64,000 bases of DNA from positions 896,001 to 960,000 of the forward strand of contig OY821641.1 in assembly GCA_963555995.3 (NCBI GenBank), given 5' to 3'. Each line of letters starts with the position of its first letter. Position 1 is the first letter of the stretch. The DNA is from Vicinamibacteria bacterium (lineage in GTDB: Bacteria > Acidobacteriota > Vicinamibacteria > Marinacidobacterales > Marinacidobacteraceae). Positions 1 to 10,609 of this stretch are shown one piece after another. Position numbers and translations under genes: made by a program. The notes under the pieces were generated by a model. The model saw only the letters and a program-made list of their open reading frames with translations. It had not been told where the DNA came from and did no database searches.

Positions 1-106
1 AGACCGGCGTGCGGAAACGGTCCACGAACGCGCGCCAGCCGTCCTCGTGACCGGAGAGGCACTGGCGAACGAGTTGGGCATCGGAGATCTGTACGGGGGA
101 ATCCAA
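1..106 (-). CDS. Probable ECF sigma-70 factor, N-terminal part (runs off window start)
   Basis: Minus-strand translation from TTG at 106: MDSPVQISDAQLVRQCLSGHEDGWRAFVDRFRTPV, matching the 'SDxELVxxCxxGDxxAWxxLVxRY' ECF start. GGGGAG lies upstream. Confidence 0.55.
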   Translation of the reverse strand, partial: MDSPVQISDAQLVRQCLSGHEDGWRAFVDRFRTPV

Positions 107-235
107 TGGCGGCGCTTCGGTCTTCTCCCCGTCAACCGACCATAACGAAACCGGGCGTTCGCCGGTTCTCGATTCCCGGGACCGGGGCTTTCGGGATCCC
201 TCCGGAGTGGGGATTCGGCCAGCTTCGGGGCTTAG

Positions 236-414
236 CAGCCTGTGGTGGAACCCACGTGAGCGCCGAGAGCGGTGAGGCGCCCGGCTGACAAGGCGCGTGA
301 GGGAGGAATACCGGGTGTATTCCGACCGAAACGCAACGCAGAGCGCCTCGTAGAGGCGCGGTTCAGCCGGGATGCATCGCCGCTCGAACGCCGCGTGGGT
401 TTCACCACAGGCTG
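236..414. mobile_element. 179-bp MITE, copy 1
   Basis: TIRs CAGCCTGTGGTGGAACCCACG / CGTGGGTTTCACCACAGGCTG flanked by a TTAG direct repeat (232-235, 415-418). A near-identical inverted copy is at 63329-63507. Confidence 0.9.
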
Positions 415-906
415 TTAGCGGGTCTTCCGAACCTTCTTCCGCCGCTTGGCGGGCGCCCGCTTGCGCAGCAGGGCCTCGACCTCCTTCACGAAGTCGCGGG
501 TGTCCTGGAAGTCGCGGTACACCGACGCGAAGCGGACGAAGGCCACGTGGTCCTCCCGCTTCAGTTCCTCCATCAGCACTTCGCCGATCTCGGCGGCGCT
601 GAGTTCGCGGTCGGGACTCTTGGCCACCTGCGCGCCGACCCGGTCGGCGATGGCCTCGATCTTCTCCTCCGCGACCCGCGTTCCGCACGCCTTCTTGAGT
701 CCCGACAGCACCTTGGCCCGGTCGAAGACCTCCCGGTCGCCGTTCTTCTTGACCACCATGCACGGGATTTCCTCGACCGCCTCGTAGCTGGTGAACCGCT
801 TCCCGCACCGGATGCACTCGCGCCGGCGGCGAATGACCTCGCCCTCCCGGCTCTCCCGGGAATCCACGACCCGGTCTTCGGGATTGCCGCAGTACGGGCA
901 CTTCAC
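415..906 (-). CDS. nrdR: Transcriptional repressor NrdR
   Basis: MKCPYC..DSRES..IRRRREC..CGKRFTSYE zinc ribbon, ATP-cone, VAFVRFASVYRDF. Confidence 0.97.
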   Translation of the reverse strand: MKCPYCGNPEDRVVDSRESREGEVIRRRRECIRCGKRFTSYEAVEEIPCMVVKKNGDREVFDRAKVLSGLKKACGTRVAEEKIEAIADRVGAQVAKSPDRELSAAEIGEVLMEELKREDHVAFVRFASVYRDFQDTRDFVKEVEALLRKRAPAKRRKKVRKTR

Positions 907-1829
907 GATGGTTGCTCCACGGTGCGGGCAGCGTACATGTTCTCGATGGTCCGGGCCGGCTCCCGGAGGGCGATGTCCATCTCCATCCCGGCCCAGGTCG
1001 CCGCGCGGGGGACGAGGCCGACGATCTCCGAGTGGACGACCCCGGTACCGGCGGCGCCCGCCTCCGCGAGGACGCGGCCGAACGCGTCCGCCAGCGAGGT
1101 CCGGCGCCAGTCGAGCAGGTTCATCGAGACCTGCGCGAGGACCCGGCGCCCCCCGGGATCGTCCTGCCGCACCCCGATCGCCCGGAGCGCGGGAAGACCT
1201 CCCCCGCTCGTGCGGATCCGTCCGGCGATGGCCCGCGCGATGCCCACGTCGGACGTGTCGAGGTTGACGTTGAAGGCGATGAGCGGCTGCCGCGCGCCGA
1301 CGGCGACCCCGCCGGCCGACGGGTGGAGGGCGGCGGGGCCGTAGTCGGGACGGATCTCCCCCCGGGCGAGGCGGTCCGCGAGGCCGCGGAGTCCGCCCTG
1401 CCGAATCCGGGGCAGCGCGCGCCGGCCGGGCTCGGCTTCCCCGTAGAGGAAGACGGGCACCGACCGGCCGGCGCCGATCTCTTCGGCCAGCGAGACGGCG
1501 AGGCGCACCGCCTCCTCCATGGCGGTCGCTCCCAGCGGCACGATCGGGAGGACGTCGAGGGCGCCGATGCGCGGGTGTTCGCCGCGGTGGCGGCGCAGGT
1601 CAATGCGGCGGATGGCGGTCTCGAGGAGGGCGCGCGCGGAGGAACGCAGTTCCGCGGCGCTCCCGGCGAGGGTGAGGACCGAGCGGTGGTGGGAAGGGTC
1701 CGCGTGCACGTCGAGAAGCGGCCGCCCGGCCGCGTCCGCAAGCAGGCGGAGTGTCCGCTCGGACCGTCCCTCGCTGAAGTTCGGGACCGCCTCGAGCAGC
1801 GCGTTCGGGGCCGGTGCGTCGTTGCCCAT
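903..1829 (-). CDS. ftcD: Glutamate formiminotransferase
   Basis: LEAVPNFSEGR, DPSHHRSVLT, IDLRRHRGEHPRIGALDVLP, VGARQPLIAFNVNL, QVSMNL. ATG at 1829 chosen within the 903..2282 ORF. Confidence 0.92.
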   Translation of the reverse strand: MGNDAPAPNALLEAVPNFSEGRSERTLRLLADAAGRPLLDVHADPSHHRSVLTLAGSAAELRSSARALLETAIRRIDLRRHRGEHPRIGALDVLPIVPLGATAMEEAVRLAVSLAEEIGAGRSVPVFLYGEAEPGRRALPRIRQGGLRGLADRLARGEIRPDYGPAALHPSAGGVAVGARQPLIAFNVNLDTSDVGIARAIAGRIRTSGGGLPALRAIGVRQDDPGGRRVLAQVSMNLLDWRRTSLADAFGRVLAEAGAAGTGVVHSEIVGLVPRAATWAGMEMDIALREPARTIENMYAARTVEQPS

Positions 1830-1966
1830 CCAGCCCTCCTCGCCGGGCCCGTTTCGGGCGAAATCCGACCGTTCCGTCCCGGAGGCCGGCAGTATAGTTT
1901 CGCTGTTCCCCACCACCCCCGGTGCCGGGTTCCACCCATGATTCGTGTTTTCCCCGGTTCCGCTTT

Positions 1967-3016
1967 GTGAGCCCGGACGATCGGGGAGAGGGCGCCGCCG
2001 GGTCCGGTCCGGAAGCAGGGGCCGGCGTCGCGAGACCCGATCCCGGGCCGGGCCAAACCGGGGGAGCGACCGCCGCCGGGGAGGCGGAGGGGCAGCGGGA
2101 GGCCGGCGCGCGCGAACGGGTCGAGGAGGCGCTCCGCCGCCGGGCCGCGCGCGCCGCGGAGGCATCCGATGCCCCTCGCGACGGGGAACCGACCGCCGCC
2201 CGGCCTCCTGCTCCGGAGGCCGCCGCCGGCGAACACTGGAGTCGGACCGTCCGGAGGCGCGTGGCGGAACGAGACGGCGCACCGGCCGCGGAAGGGGAGG
2301 GTGCGGGCGGGCGTTCCCCTGCCGCTCCGGCCGAGGAAGTCCGCGAACGGGTCGAGCGCCGCCTCCGGGAAGCCGAGGAGCGCCGCAGCCGGAGCGCCGT
2401 CGCCGCCGGCCCGGCGGGAGGGCCGGCCCCGGCGAGTCCGCCGCGGGCCGCCGCCGGTCCCGGGCCCGAGGACCTGCCGCTCCGGCCCGATGGCGCGCCC
2501 GATTGGGAGACGCCCCCGGCCGAACCCGGAGCGGCGTCCGCGCTCGCCGGGGAGACCCTGCCGCCGGAGCGTCCGTCGCGGCTCGCCGCCTTCATCGCGA
2601 CCTGTGCGTTCCTCGGGCGGGTCCCGATCGCGCCGGGAACCGCCGGTGCGGCCGCCGGCCTGGCCGCGTTTCTCCTGACGCGGAATCTGCCGGGCGTGCT
2701 CCCGGTGGCCCTGTTCGGGGCGGCGGTGGCGGTCGGCCTCTGGGCCGGCGCGCGTCACGCCAAGGACCTTCGCCAGCCGGATCCGCGTTCGGTGGTGGTG
2801 GACGAGTTCTGCGGCATGTGGCTCGCGCTCGTCGGCACGAACCCCTCGGTTCTGGTCATGGTGGCGGCTTTCGTGGCGTTCCGCTTCCTGGACATCGTGA
2901 AGCCGCCTCCCGTGCGGCAGGCCGAGCGGCTTCCGGGCGGGATCGGGATCATGGCCGACGACCTGGTCGCGGGCGGCGTCGTGCGCCTGGCGCTCCTGCT
3001 CGCCCTGGGCATGTGA
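1967..3016 (+). CDS. pgpA: Phosphatidylglycerophosphatase A with a long low-complexity N-terminal extension
   Basis: C-terminal PIAPGTAGAA, DPRSVVVDEFCG, FRFLDIVKPPP, GIMADDLVAG. Start uncertain (GTG 1967 chosen). Confidence 0.88.
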   Translation: MSPDDRGEGAAGSGPEAGAGVARPDPGPGQTGGATAAGEAEGQREAGARERVEEALRRRAARAAEASDAPRDGEPTAARPPAPEAAAGEHWSRTVRRRVAERDGAPAAEGEGAGGRSPAAPAEEVRERVERRLREAEERRSRSAVAAGPAGGPAPASPPRAAAGPGPEDLPLRPDGAPDWETPPAEPGAASALAGETLPPERPSRLAAFIATCAFLGRVPIAPGTAGAAAGLAAFLLTRNLPGVLPVALFGAAVAVGLWAGARHAKDLRQPDPRSVVVDEFCGMWLALVGTNPSVLVMVAAFVAFRFLDIVKPPPVRQAERLPGGIGIMADDLVAGGVVRLALLLALGM

Positions 3017-4317
3017 CGAGCGGCGGGGCTCTGCCGCCCGGTGCGGCCGTGGTGGCGGTCGGCACCGAACTCCTCGCGCCCGGCCGCACCGACCGCAACA
3101 CCCCGCTGCTGAAGGAGCGGCTCGCGGACCTGGGAGTGCCGGTGCTGTTCTCGGCGGTCGTTCCCGACGAACGGGCGATCATGGAGGAGACCCTCAAGAC
3201 GGCCCTCGGCCGCCACCGGTACGTGCTGGTCTGCGGCGGGCTCGGCCCCACCACCGATGACCTGACGCGTTTCGCGGCGGCGAGCGTCCTCGGGGTCCGG
3301 CTGATCGAGGACGCGGCCTCGCTTGCGAGCATCGAAGCGCGGTTCCGGAACCGCGGGATCGAGATGCCGGAAGTGAACCGGCGGCAGGCCCTGATTCCCG
3401 AAGGAGCGGCGGCGCTGCCCAATCCGGCGGGGACCGCGCCGGGAGTCCTGGCGCGCACCGGCGCCGGCGCGTGGCTCGTGCTCCTCCCGGGGCCGCCGGC
3501 CGAACTGGCCGCGATGTTCGACGCCGAGGTGCGTCCGCGTCTCGCGCGCGCCACCGGAGGTGTCGAGGGTCCCGTCCGCGAGACCCTGATGGTCGCCGGA
3601 CTGCCCGAATCGGTCCTGCAGGAACGGATTCTGGATCTCACCCCGGCGCCGGAGGCGCCGGACCGGCTCGCGATCCTCGCTTCCGGCGGCGAGATCGAGA
3701 TCCGGGTCACCGGACGCGCCGGACGGGCGGCGGAAGTCCGGGGGCTCGCGGATCGAATGGCGGAACGGCTCGGACCGGCGGTCTTTGGCCGGACCGCCGG
3801 GGAGCATCTGGAGCATGCGGTGGGACGGCTGCTGGAGCGGCGGGGAGAACGCGCCGCGTTCGCCGAGTCGCTCACCGGCGGCCTGATCACCGAGCGGTTG
3901 ACCCGCGTGCCGGGATCCTCGGGGTGGTTCGACGTGGGCGTGGTGGCCTATGCCAACGAGGCCAAGCGGGATCTGCTGGCGGTTCCGGAAGAAGCGCTCC
4001 GGGCGCACGGAGCGGTCAGCGAAGCGGTGGCGACGGCAATGGCCGACGGTGCGCGCCGCCGCTCCGGCAACACCTGGGGAGTCGCGGTTACCGGGATCGC
4101 CGGTCCGGGGGGAGGGAGCGCGGAAAAACCGGTGGGTCTCGTCTGGGTCGCGGTCAGCGGCCCGGTGTCCCGCACCCGGCGGTTCCGCCTGCCGGGAGAC
4201 CGGTCGCTCGTGCGGCAACTCACCGCGACGGCGGCGCTCGACCTGCTGCGCCGGAGCATCGTAGCGGCCGGCGGACAACGCGGCGGGAGGGCCGACGCTG
4301 GCGATGCACCCGGCTGA
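3013..4317 (+). CDS. cinA: CinA competence/damage-inducible protein (MoCF-like plus NMN deamidase PncC domain)
   Basis: VGTELL, GGLGPTTDDLTR, LPNPAGTAPG, LPGPP, AESLTGG, GSSGWF, HGAVS, TGIAGPGGGS. GTG overlaps the pgpA stop. Confidence 0.95.
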   Translation: MTSGGALPPGAAVVAVGTELLAPGRTDRNTPLLKERLADLGVPVLFSAVVPDERAIMEETLKTALGRHRYVLVCGGLGPTTDDLTRFAAASVLGVRLIEDAASLASIEARFRNRGIEMPEVNRRQALIPEGAAALPNPAGTAPGVLARTGAGAWLVLLPGPPAELAAMFDAEVRPRLARATGGVEGPVRETLMVAGLPESVLQERILDLTPAPEAPDRLAILASGGEIEIRVTGRAGRAAEVRGLADRMAERLGPAVFGRTAGEHLEHAVGRLLERRGERAAFAESLTGGLITERLTRVPGSSGWFDVGVVAYANEAKRDLLAVPEEALRAHGAVSEAVATAMADGARRRSGNTWGVAVTGIAGPGGGSAEKPVGLVWVAVSGPVSRTRRFRLPGDRSLVRQLTATAALDLLRRSIVAAGGQRGGRADAGDAPG

Positions 4318-4729
4318 CCCGGTTGCTGTGAAAACGCCGTCTGGGCGAAAGGTCAACCAGCGCAAGTCGCGCCGCCGGCTGGGACCGCCGGTCTTCAGAC
4401 CGGCACTGGCGATGCGCCGGGCTGACCCGGCTGCCGGGCGAAAGCTCAACCAGCGCAAGTTGCGCCGCCGGCTGGGAGCGCCGGTCTTCAGACCGGCACT
4501 GGCGATGCGCCGGGCTGACCCGGCTGCCGGGCGAATGGTCAACCAGCGCAAGTTGCGCCGCCGGCTGGGAGCGCCGGTCTTCAGACCGGCACACGCTGCG
4601 CGGCAGCGCAGCGCACGGCACGACTCCGGTCGGCGCGGTGGCGCCCCGCGCCCGGTTCATCACCGCGGGCAGCGACACGACATCCGCGGGCCTTCGGCCC
4701 GCTGTGCCGCTCTGAAGAGCGGCGCTCCC
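4301..4729. repeat. REP cluster: three 93-bp tandem REP units followed by a REPIN-like doublet (4567-4729)
   Basis: GGGA(C/G)CGCCGGTCTTCAGACCGGCA at 4381, 4474 and 4567 (period 93). Inverted REP TGCCGCTCTGAAGAGCGGCGCTCCC ends at 4729. Confidence 0.88.
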
Positions 4730-4803
4730 AGCCGTTTCCGCCGTTCTCCTGCCCGGTGGGGTGCGCGCGAGGGTGCGACAGGCGGTTGAGGCCGGCTGTA
4801 CCA

Positions 4804-5460
4804 ATGCGAGGGTCCGGGCCGATCCCGCGAAAGCGCGGGGTAGCAGCCCCGGCGCCGCGGCTCTTCGCGGCGCTGCCGCTCCCCGAATCGCTCCGCCGGG
4901 AACTCCTTGCCGCCTCGGGAGCGGTCGCCGGCCTGCTCCCGCCCTCCGTCTTCCGCCGGGTCCCTCCCGGGAACCTCCACCTGACCCTGCGCTTCTTCGG
5001 CCCGGAAGGGGGTCCCGTGGAGCGCGGGCGCATCGCGGCGCTCCTCCGCGCGCGCCTCGAGACCCGCCCCCCGGGGCCGCTGACCCTGAAGGCCGGGGAG
5101 ATCTCGGCCTTCGGCTCGCTCCGCCGCGCCCGGATCGTCTGGGTGGGGCTCGCCGAGCCGGCGGTTCCGGAGGGTGCGCCGGGACGGCTCCCGCGCCTCC
5201 AGACCGAGGTCGAGGCGGTGGCGCGCGAACTCGGCCTGCCTCCCGAAACGCGGCCCTTCGTTCCCCACGTGACCCTGGGGCGGTTGCGCGCTCCCGCGCG
5301 GCTGTCGGCCCGCGGCCTGAGCGCCGCCGTGCCGCGGGCGCCGGACGCCGCCTGGTCCGCCGCGTTCCCCGTGACGGAGCTCGGTCTCTTCGCCAGTTCC
5401 CTCCGCCCCGGCGGGGCGGTGTACGAACGCCTCGACCGGCTCCCCCTCGCCGGACCCTGA
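4804..5460 (+). CDS. thpR: RNA 2',3'-cyclic phosphodiesterase (2H family)
   Basis: RLFAAL, two HxT motifs (NLHLTLRFFG, FVPHVTLGR). Follows cinA as is common. Confidence 0.92.
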   Translation: MRGSGPIPRKRGVAAPAPRLFAALPLPESLRRELLAASGAVAGLLPPSVFRRVPPGNLHLTLRFFGPEGGPVERGRIAALLRARLETRPPGPLTLKAGEISAFGSLRRARIVWVGLAEPAVPEGAPGRLPRLQTEVEAVARELGLPPETRPFVPHVTLGRLRAPARLSARGLSAAVPRAPDAAWSAAFPVTELGLFASSLRPGGAVYERLDRLPLAGP

Positions 5461-5470
5461 CCGGACGCGG

Positions 5471-6610
5471 CTATTCGCGCCGCTCGGCGAGCCGGAAGTC
5501 GGCGAGGAGATCGGGGCCGAGGCAGGCGTAGCGCGCCGAGCGGTGCTCGGGCTGGGCGGGGGGCAACTCGCGGTGGCCCCCGGCCGGCGCCCGGGTGGCG
5601 TCGAAGAGTCCGGTTCCCTCGGCGCGGCCGAGGAAGCGCGGCGCCAGGTAGAGCACCAGGCGGTCGGCCAGCCCCTGCTGCAGGAAGGCCGAGGTGAGGC
5701 GGGGACCCGCCTCCACCAGCAGGGTGTGCGCGCCGCGGCGGGCCACTTCCGCCAGCACCGGTTCGAGCGCGATCGGCTGGGCGACGCCCGCGGCCGGGGC
5801 GCCCGCGGCGCGCTCCACGGCGGCCTCGACCACTTCGACGCCCCGGTCCTCGAGGCGGCGGCGGGTGGCCGGAGGCGCCCCGGGTGCGCAGATGACGAGC
5901 ACCGGGTCCCGATCGAGTCCCCGCAGGATGCGCGCCTCGGGGGAGATCCGCAGGCTCGGGTCGAGGACCACCCGGAGCAGGGGACGCGAACCGCGCCGCG
6001 GCCGGGGCGTCAGCAGGGGGTCGTCGGCCGTCACGGTCGCGATCCCGGTGAGGATGGCGTCGTTCTCCCGGCGCAGCACCCGCCCGTGGCGGCGGGTGCG
6101 GGGCCGGGTGATCCAGCGGGTCCCCGGCGGGGCCATGACCCCGTCCACGGAAACCGCCGCCTTCACCGTGACCCAGGGGGCGCCGGTCAGGAGGAACTTG
6201 AAGAACGACGGATTCAGGTCCTGCGCTTCCTCGCGGAGGACGTCCGTCGTCACCTCGACGCCGGCGGACCGGAGGCGGTCAAACCCGCCGCCGCGCACCC
6301 GCGGGTCGGGGTCGGGATGGGCGGCGACGACCCGCCGCACTCCCGAGGCGATGATCCGCTCGGCGCACGGTGGGGTCCGTCCGACGTGACAGCAGGGTTC
6401 CAGGTTGACGTAGAGCGTCGCGCCGCGCGCCGCGCGCCCCACCTTGAGCACCTGCGCTTCCGCGTGCGGGCGTCCGGCGCGGGCGTGGAAGCCCTCGGCG
6501 AGCACCCGCCCGTCGCGGACCAGGACGGCGCCCACCGCCGGATTGGGCGGCGCGGTGTACTGCCCGAGCCGGGCGAGCTCGAGGGCCCGGCGCATGAAGC
6601 GGTCGTCCAC
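5471..6610 (-). CDS. ribD: Bifunctional riboflavin deaminase/reductase
   Basis: PNPAVGAV, HAE, YVNLEPCCHVGRTPPC, DPDPRV, TADDPLLT, LLVEAG. Confidence 0.96.
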   Translation of the reverse strand: MDDRFMRRALELARLGQYTAPPNPAVGAVLVRDGRVLAEGFHARAGRPHAEAQVLKVGRAARGATLYVNLEPCCHVGRTPPCAERIIASGVRRVVAAHPDPDPRVRGGGFDRLRSAGVEVTTDVLREEAQDLNPSFFKFLLTGAPWVTVKAAVSVDGVMAPPGTRWITRPRTRRHGRVLRRENDAILTGIATVTADDPLLTPRPRRGSRPLLRVVLDPSLRISPEARILRGLDRDPVLVICAPGAPPATRRRLEDRGVEVVEAAVERAAGAPAAGVAQPIALEPVLAEVARRGAHTLLVEAGPRLTSAFLQQGLADRLVLYLAPRFLGRAEGTGLFDATRAPAGGHRELPPAQPEHRSARYACLGPDLLADFRLAERRE

Positions 6611-6676
6611 GGAGCGGATCGTATGGGCACGGCCGCCGGCTTGCGCGGCGGGAACGGATCGGGCAATCTCAGCCGC

Positions 6677-7300
6677 ATGTTCACGGGACTGGTCAGCGCG
6701 GTGGGAGACGTGCAGGCGGTGCGGGACCTCGAAACCGGACGGCTGCTCACCATCGGGCACGGCGGCGGCGCGTTCGCGGGGCTCGCCGCCGGTGACAGCG
6801 TCGCGGTGTCCGGGGCCTGCCTGACCGCGGTGGCGGTCCAGCCCGCGTCCGCGTCCTTCGAAGTCGCGGCGGAGACGCTCTCGCTGACGACGCTGGGCGG
6901 CCTGGGACCGGGGAGCCGGGTCAACCTGGAGTTGCCGCTGCGGGCCTCCGACCGGCTGGGCGGGCACTTCGTCCAGGGGCACGTGGACGGCCGCGGCGAG
7001 GTGGTCGAAGCGGGGGGACCGGACGACGACTACCGGATCAGGATCCGGCACGGCGAGCCCCGCTGGATCGTCCGCAAGGGTTCCGTCGCCGTGGACGGCG
7101 TCAGCCTGACGGTGGCCTCCGCCTCGCCGGGCGAGGCGTGTTTCGAGGTCATGCTGATCCCCCACACGCGCGCCGCCACCACCCTCGGGGCGCTCCGGAA
7201 CGGGGACCCGGTCAATCTCGAATACGACATCCTCGCCAAGTACGTCGGCGCGCTCGTCTCGAATCCCGCGTGGAGGCCGGCAGGAACGGGCGAAGGCTAG
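6677..7300 (+). CDS. ribE: Riboflavin synthase alpha chain
   Basis: MFTGLV N-terminus, GDSVAVSGACLT, VNLE, RLGGHFVQGHVDG, KGSVAVDGVSLTV. Confidence 0.96.
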   Translation: MFTGLVSAVGDVQAVRDLETGRLLTIGHGGGAFAGLAAGDSVAVSGACLTAVAVQPASASFEVAAETLSLTTLGGLGPGSRVNLELPLRASDRLGGHFVQGHVDGRGEVVEAGGPDDDYRIRIRHGEPRWIVRKGSVAVDGVSLTVASASPGEACFEVMLIPHTRAATTLGALRNGDPVNLEYDILAKYVGALVSNPAWRPAGTGEG

Positions 7301-7355
7301 ACTTTCTCGTCGAGACGGTTACCGAACCAGGGCCCCCGGGGTCCGACGAGGTGTT

Positions 7356-8591
<1,236 letters not shown>

Positions 8592-8628
8592 CGCACCGCA
8601 GCACCGGCCCGGATGGCGCCGCCGGCTT

Positions 8629-8948
8629 GGAGCGCCGGCTTCAGCCGGCACAGCCCGCCGGAGGCGGGCGGCGGGAAGGACCTCATCTGCGGTGATGGCG
8701 CGAAGGCCGGGAACGCCGGCTTCAGCCGGCACAGCCTGCCGGAGGCAGGCGGCGGGAAGGACCTCATCTGCCGTGATGGCACGAAGGCCTGGAACGCCGG
8801 TCTCCAGACCGGCACCCGCTGCGCGAAGCGCAGCGGACTGCACGACGCCGATCCGCGCAAAGGCGTTCGACTCTCGGTCCATCACGGCAAACAGCAACAC
8901 GACATCCGCGGCCCGGCGGGCCGCTGTGCCGGCTGAAGCCGGCGCTCC
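8629..8948. repeat. REP cluster: 81-bp tandem units plus REPIN-like doublet (8791-8948)
   Basis: GGA(G/A)CGCCGGCTTCAGCCGGCA at 8629 and 8710, a variant at 8791, and an inverted REP ending at 8948. Confidence 0.88.
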
Positions 8949-9026
8949 AAGCCGGGGTCAACACCGACGCTCCTCCTCCCCATTGGTACGATTCCACCAC
9001 TCCACACCCCCGAAGGGAGCGACTCC

Positions 9027-9599
9027 TTGGCCAACACCTACGCGACGAACGAGTTCCGCAGCGGGCTGAAGGTCCTGCTCGATTCCGATCCGTGCGTCCT
9101 GCTCGACTGCGAGTTCGTGAAGCCCGGCAAGGGGCAGGCGTTCACCCGCATCCGCTACCGGAACCTCAAGACCGGCCGGGTCCTCGACAAGACCTTCAAG
9201 TCGGGCGAGAAGGTGGAAGCGGCCGACGTGCTGGACACCGAGATGGAGTTCCTCTACAGCGACGGCGGCGACTGGCACTTCATGGACCCGAACACCTACG
9301 AGCAGTACTCGGCCAGCCGGGAATCGCTCGGCGGTCACGAGAAGTGGCTGCTCCAGGGCATGAGCTGCGGCATCACCCTCTACAACGACGCCATCCTGCT
9401 CGTCCACCCGCCGCACTTCGTGGACCTCAAGGTGGTGGAGACCGAACCGGGGATCCGGGGCGACACCGCCACCGGAGGCTCCAAGAATGCCACGCTCGAA
9501 ACGGGAGCGGTGGTCCGCGTTCCGCTGTTCATCGAGGTGGACGAGACGCTCCGCCTCGACACCCGCACCGGCGAGTACGTCTCCCGGGTAAAGAACTGA
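9027..9599 (+). CDS. efp: Elongation factor P
   Basis: [49 protein letters not shown]. Confidence 0.97.
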   Translation: MANTYATNEFRSGLKVLLDSDPCVLLDCEFVKPGKGQAFTRIRYRNLKTGRVLDKTFKSGEKVEAADVLDTEMEFLYSDGGDWHFMDPNTYEQYSASRESLGGHEKWLLQGMSCGITLYNDAILLVHPPHFVDLKVVETEPGIRGDTATGGSKNATLETGAVVRVPLFIEVDETLRLDTRTGEYVSRVKN

Positions 9600-10543
9600 C
9601 CGGCGCGGACCGCACCGGCCGGGGCCCCTCCGCCCCCGTCGCGGCGCTCCGCGAGCGCGCCCGGCTGGTCGCCCGGCTGCGGGGCTTCCTGACCGCGCGC
9701 GGCTACCTGGAGGTGGAGACGCCCATCCTCGGGCCGCACGCCACGCCCGACCGGCACCTGGAGTCGGTCCCCGCGGCGGGCGGCTTCCTCCACACCTCGC
9801 CGGAGTTCCCCATGAAGCGCCTGCTGGCGGCGGGCAGCGGCCCCATCTTCCAGATCGTGAAGTGCTTCCGGGCCGGGGAGGCCGGCCGCCGGCACGCCGT
9901 CGAGTTCACGATGGCCGAGTGGTACCGCCTCGGCCCGCTCCCGGGACTGCTGTCGGAGATGGACCTCCTCCTCGGCGACCTGCTGGGAACGCCGCGCGCG
10001 GAGGTCCGCACCTACCGGGACCTCTTCCTCGCCGCGGTCGGCGCCGACCCCCTCGCGGCCCCCGACGAACGCCTGCTGACCCTCGCCGAGGCGCACGGCC
10101 ACCCGGGCCGGCCCGACGACCGCGCCGCCGCGCTCGATTTCCTGTTCACGCGGCTCGTCGAGCCCGGCCTGGGGGCCGAGGCGCCGGCCATCGTGACCCG
10201 GTTCCCGGCCCCCTTGGCGGCGCTCGCCCGGCTGAGCGACGACGACCCCCGCACCGCGGAGCGCTTCGAGGTCTTCCGGGCCGGACTCGAGCTCGCGAAC
10301 GGCTACGACGAGCTCCAGGACCCGGCGGAGCACCGCCGCCGCTTCGCCGCCGAGAACGAGGCCCGCGCCCGCCTCGGCAAGCCCCCCGCCGCCCCGGACG
10401 AACGTTTCCTGGCGTCCCTTGAAGCGCCCGGCCTGCCCCGCGCCTCTGGCGTCGCCCTCGGCGTGGACCGGCTGGTGATGGCGGCGCTCGGCGCGTCGCG
10501 GCTCGACGAGGTGGTCTCCTTCCGCGAGACGCCCGGCCGCTGA
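9596..10543 (+). CDS. epmA: EF-P lysine aminoacylase (GenX/PoxA)
   Basis: [59 protein letters not shown]. Probable CTG start overlapping the efp TGA. Confidence 0.93.
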   Translation: MTGADRTGRGPSAPVAALRERARLVARLRGFLTARGYLEVETPILGPHATPDRHLESVPAAGGFLHTSPEFPMKRLLAAGSGPIFQIVKCFRAGEAGRRHAVEFTMAEWYRLGPLPGLLSEMDLLLGDLLGTPRAEVRTYRDLFLAAVGADPLAAPDERLLTLAEAHGHPGRPDDRAAALDFLFTRLVEPGLGAEAPAIVTRFPAPLAALARLSDDDPRTAERFEVFRAGLELANGYDELQDPAEHRRRFAAENEARARLGKPPAAPDERFLASLEAPGLPRASGVALGVDRLVMAALGASRLDEVVSFRETPGR

Positions 10544-10609
10544 ATCCAACCCCCCCTGGTCCCGCGCGCCCCGGTACACTGACGGGCTGTTTCCCGGAGG
10601 GACCTCTCG

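Noticed and set aside
6611-6676. FMN riboswitch for the rib genes
   Set aside because: The intergenic gap is too short and lacks RFN consensus motifs.
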